Shown here in pieces: positions 63,560 to 64,000 of a DNA stretch of 64,000 bases. Every line of letters starts with the position of its first letter. Positions within the stretch are counted from its first letter, which is position 1. The DNA lies in the NCBI RefSeq assembly GCF_964213995.1, contig NW_027590138.1:1054001-1118000 (forward strand). The letters run 5' to 3'. Under the pieces are notes generated by a model that saw only the letters and a list, made by a program, of their open reading frames with translations, was not told the DNA's origin and ran no database searches. A program made the position numbers and the translations under genes. Source of the stretch: Mustelus asterias. Lineage: Eukaryota.

Positions 63560-64000
63560 GTGAGATGGGTTTGGATTTCGGCCCAGGGAGGAGGGAGTGT
63601 GTGTGAGACGGGGATTTACAGATTTGGGGGAACAAGAGAGTAAAGAATGTTCCAGAGAAATTAGAATTGTCTGATATGAATTTCTATCCTGGACTGACCC
63701 GTGATTAATTTTGTAAACTCTTTTTACAGATCTTACAAGGGAAAGATTTTTAGATGCAAAACTCAAAACGAACATTTTGGTTTAACTCAATTATTCATCA
63801 ACCTTTCAATGTGGAAGGAGAAATGTTTATCTGTGGAAAATATTTTAAACATCAGTGCAACTGGAGAAACACCGAGACACACACACCCGGGTGAGAGTGT
63901 TCCAGTGAACTGATTGCGGAAAGAGCTTTAACCAGTTACACATCCTGAAAAAAACATCACACCATTCACAGTGGGGAGCAAACTCGTGTTCTGTATGTGG
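63560..64000 (+). other. Intron, acceptor and 5' decayed-finger part of another ZNF gene running off the window
   Basis: Same module as 61495-61930 and 42925-43380. Confidence 0.65.

Overview
Vertebrate genomic DNA, very likely a shark or other elasmobranch, judged from HE1/V-SINE-type SINEs, CR1/HER1-type LINEs with (GTTCTAT)n tails and Penelope remnants. The window is a tandem and inverted-duplicated cluster of about 10 single-exon C2H2 zinc-finger genes with no visible KRAB. Five have open ORFs; the rest are pseudogenes or partial. Transposons are dense: a near-intact full-length CR1 LINE with four 241-bp 5' monomers, many CR1 fragments, a Tx1-type LINE fragment, Penelope-like elements and about 15 tRNA-derived SINEs. 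Embedded passengers are an orphan T-cell-receptor alpha/delta-like V pseudogene with its recombination signal and an intronless, open RPS11 retrocopy. Most notable signals: (i) a U_UUA_AAC -1 frameshift-type slippery site at the CR1 ORF1/ORF2 overlap in two different CR1 copies; (ii) many minimal hammerhead ribozyme motifs with covarying helix I at Penelope termini, including a palindromic non-coding two-ribozyme element with a TSD and an empty paralogous site; (iii) the orphan TCR V. All calls were made by eye and boundaries are approximate.
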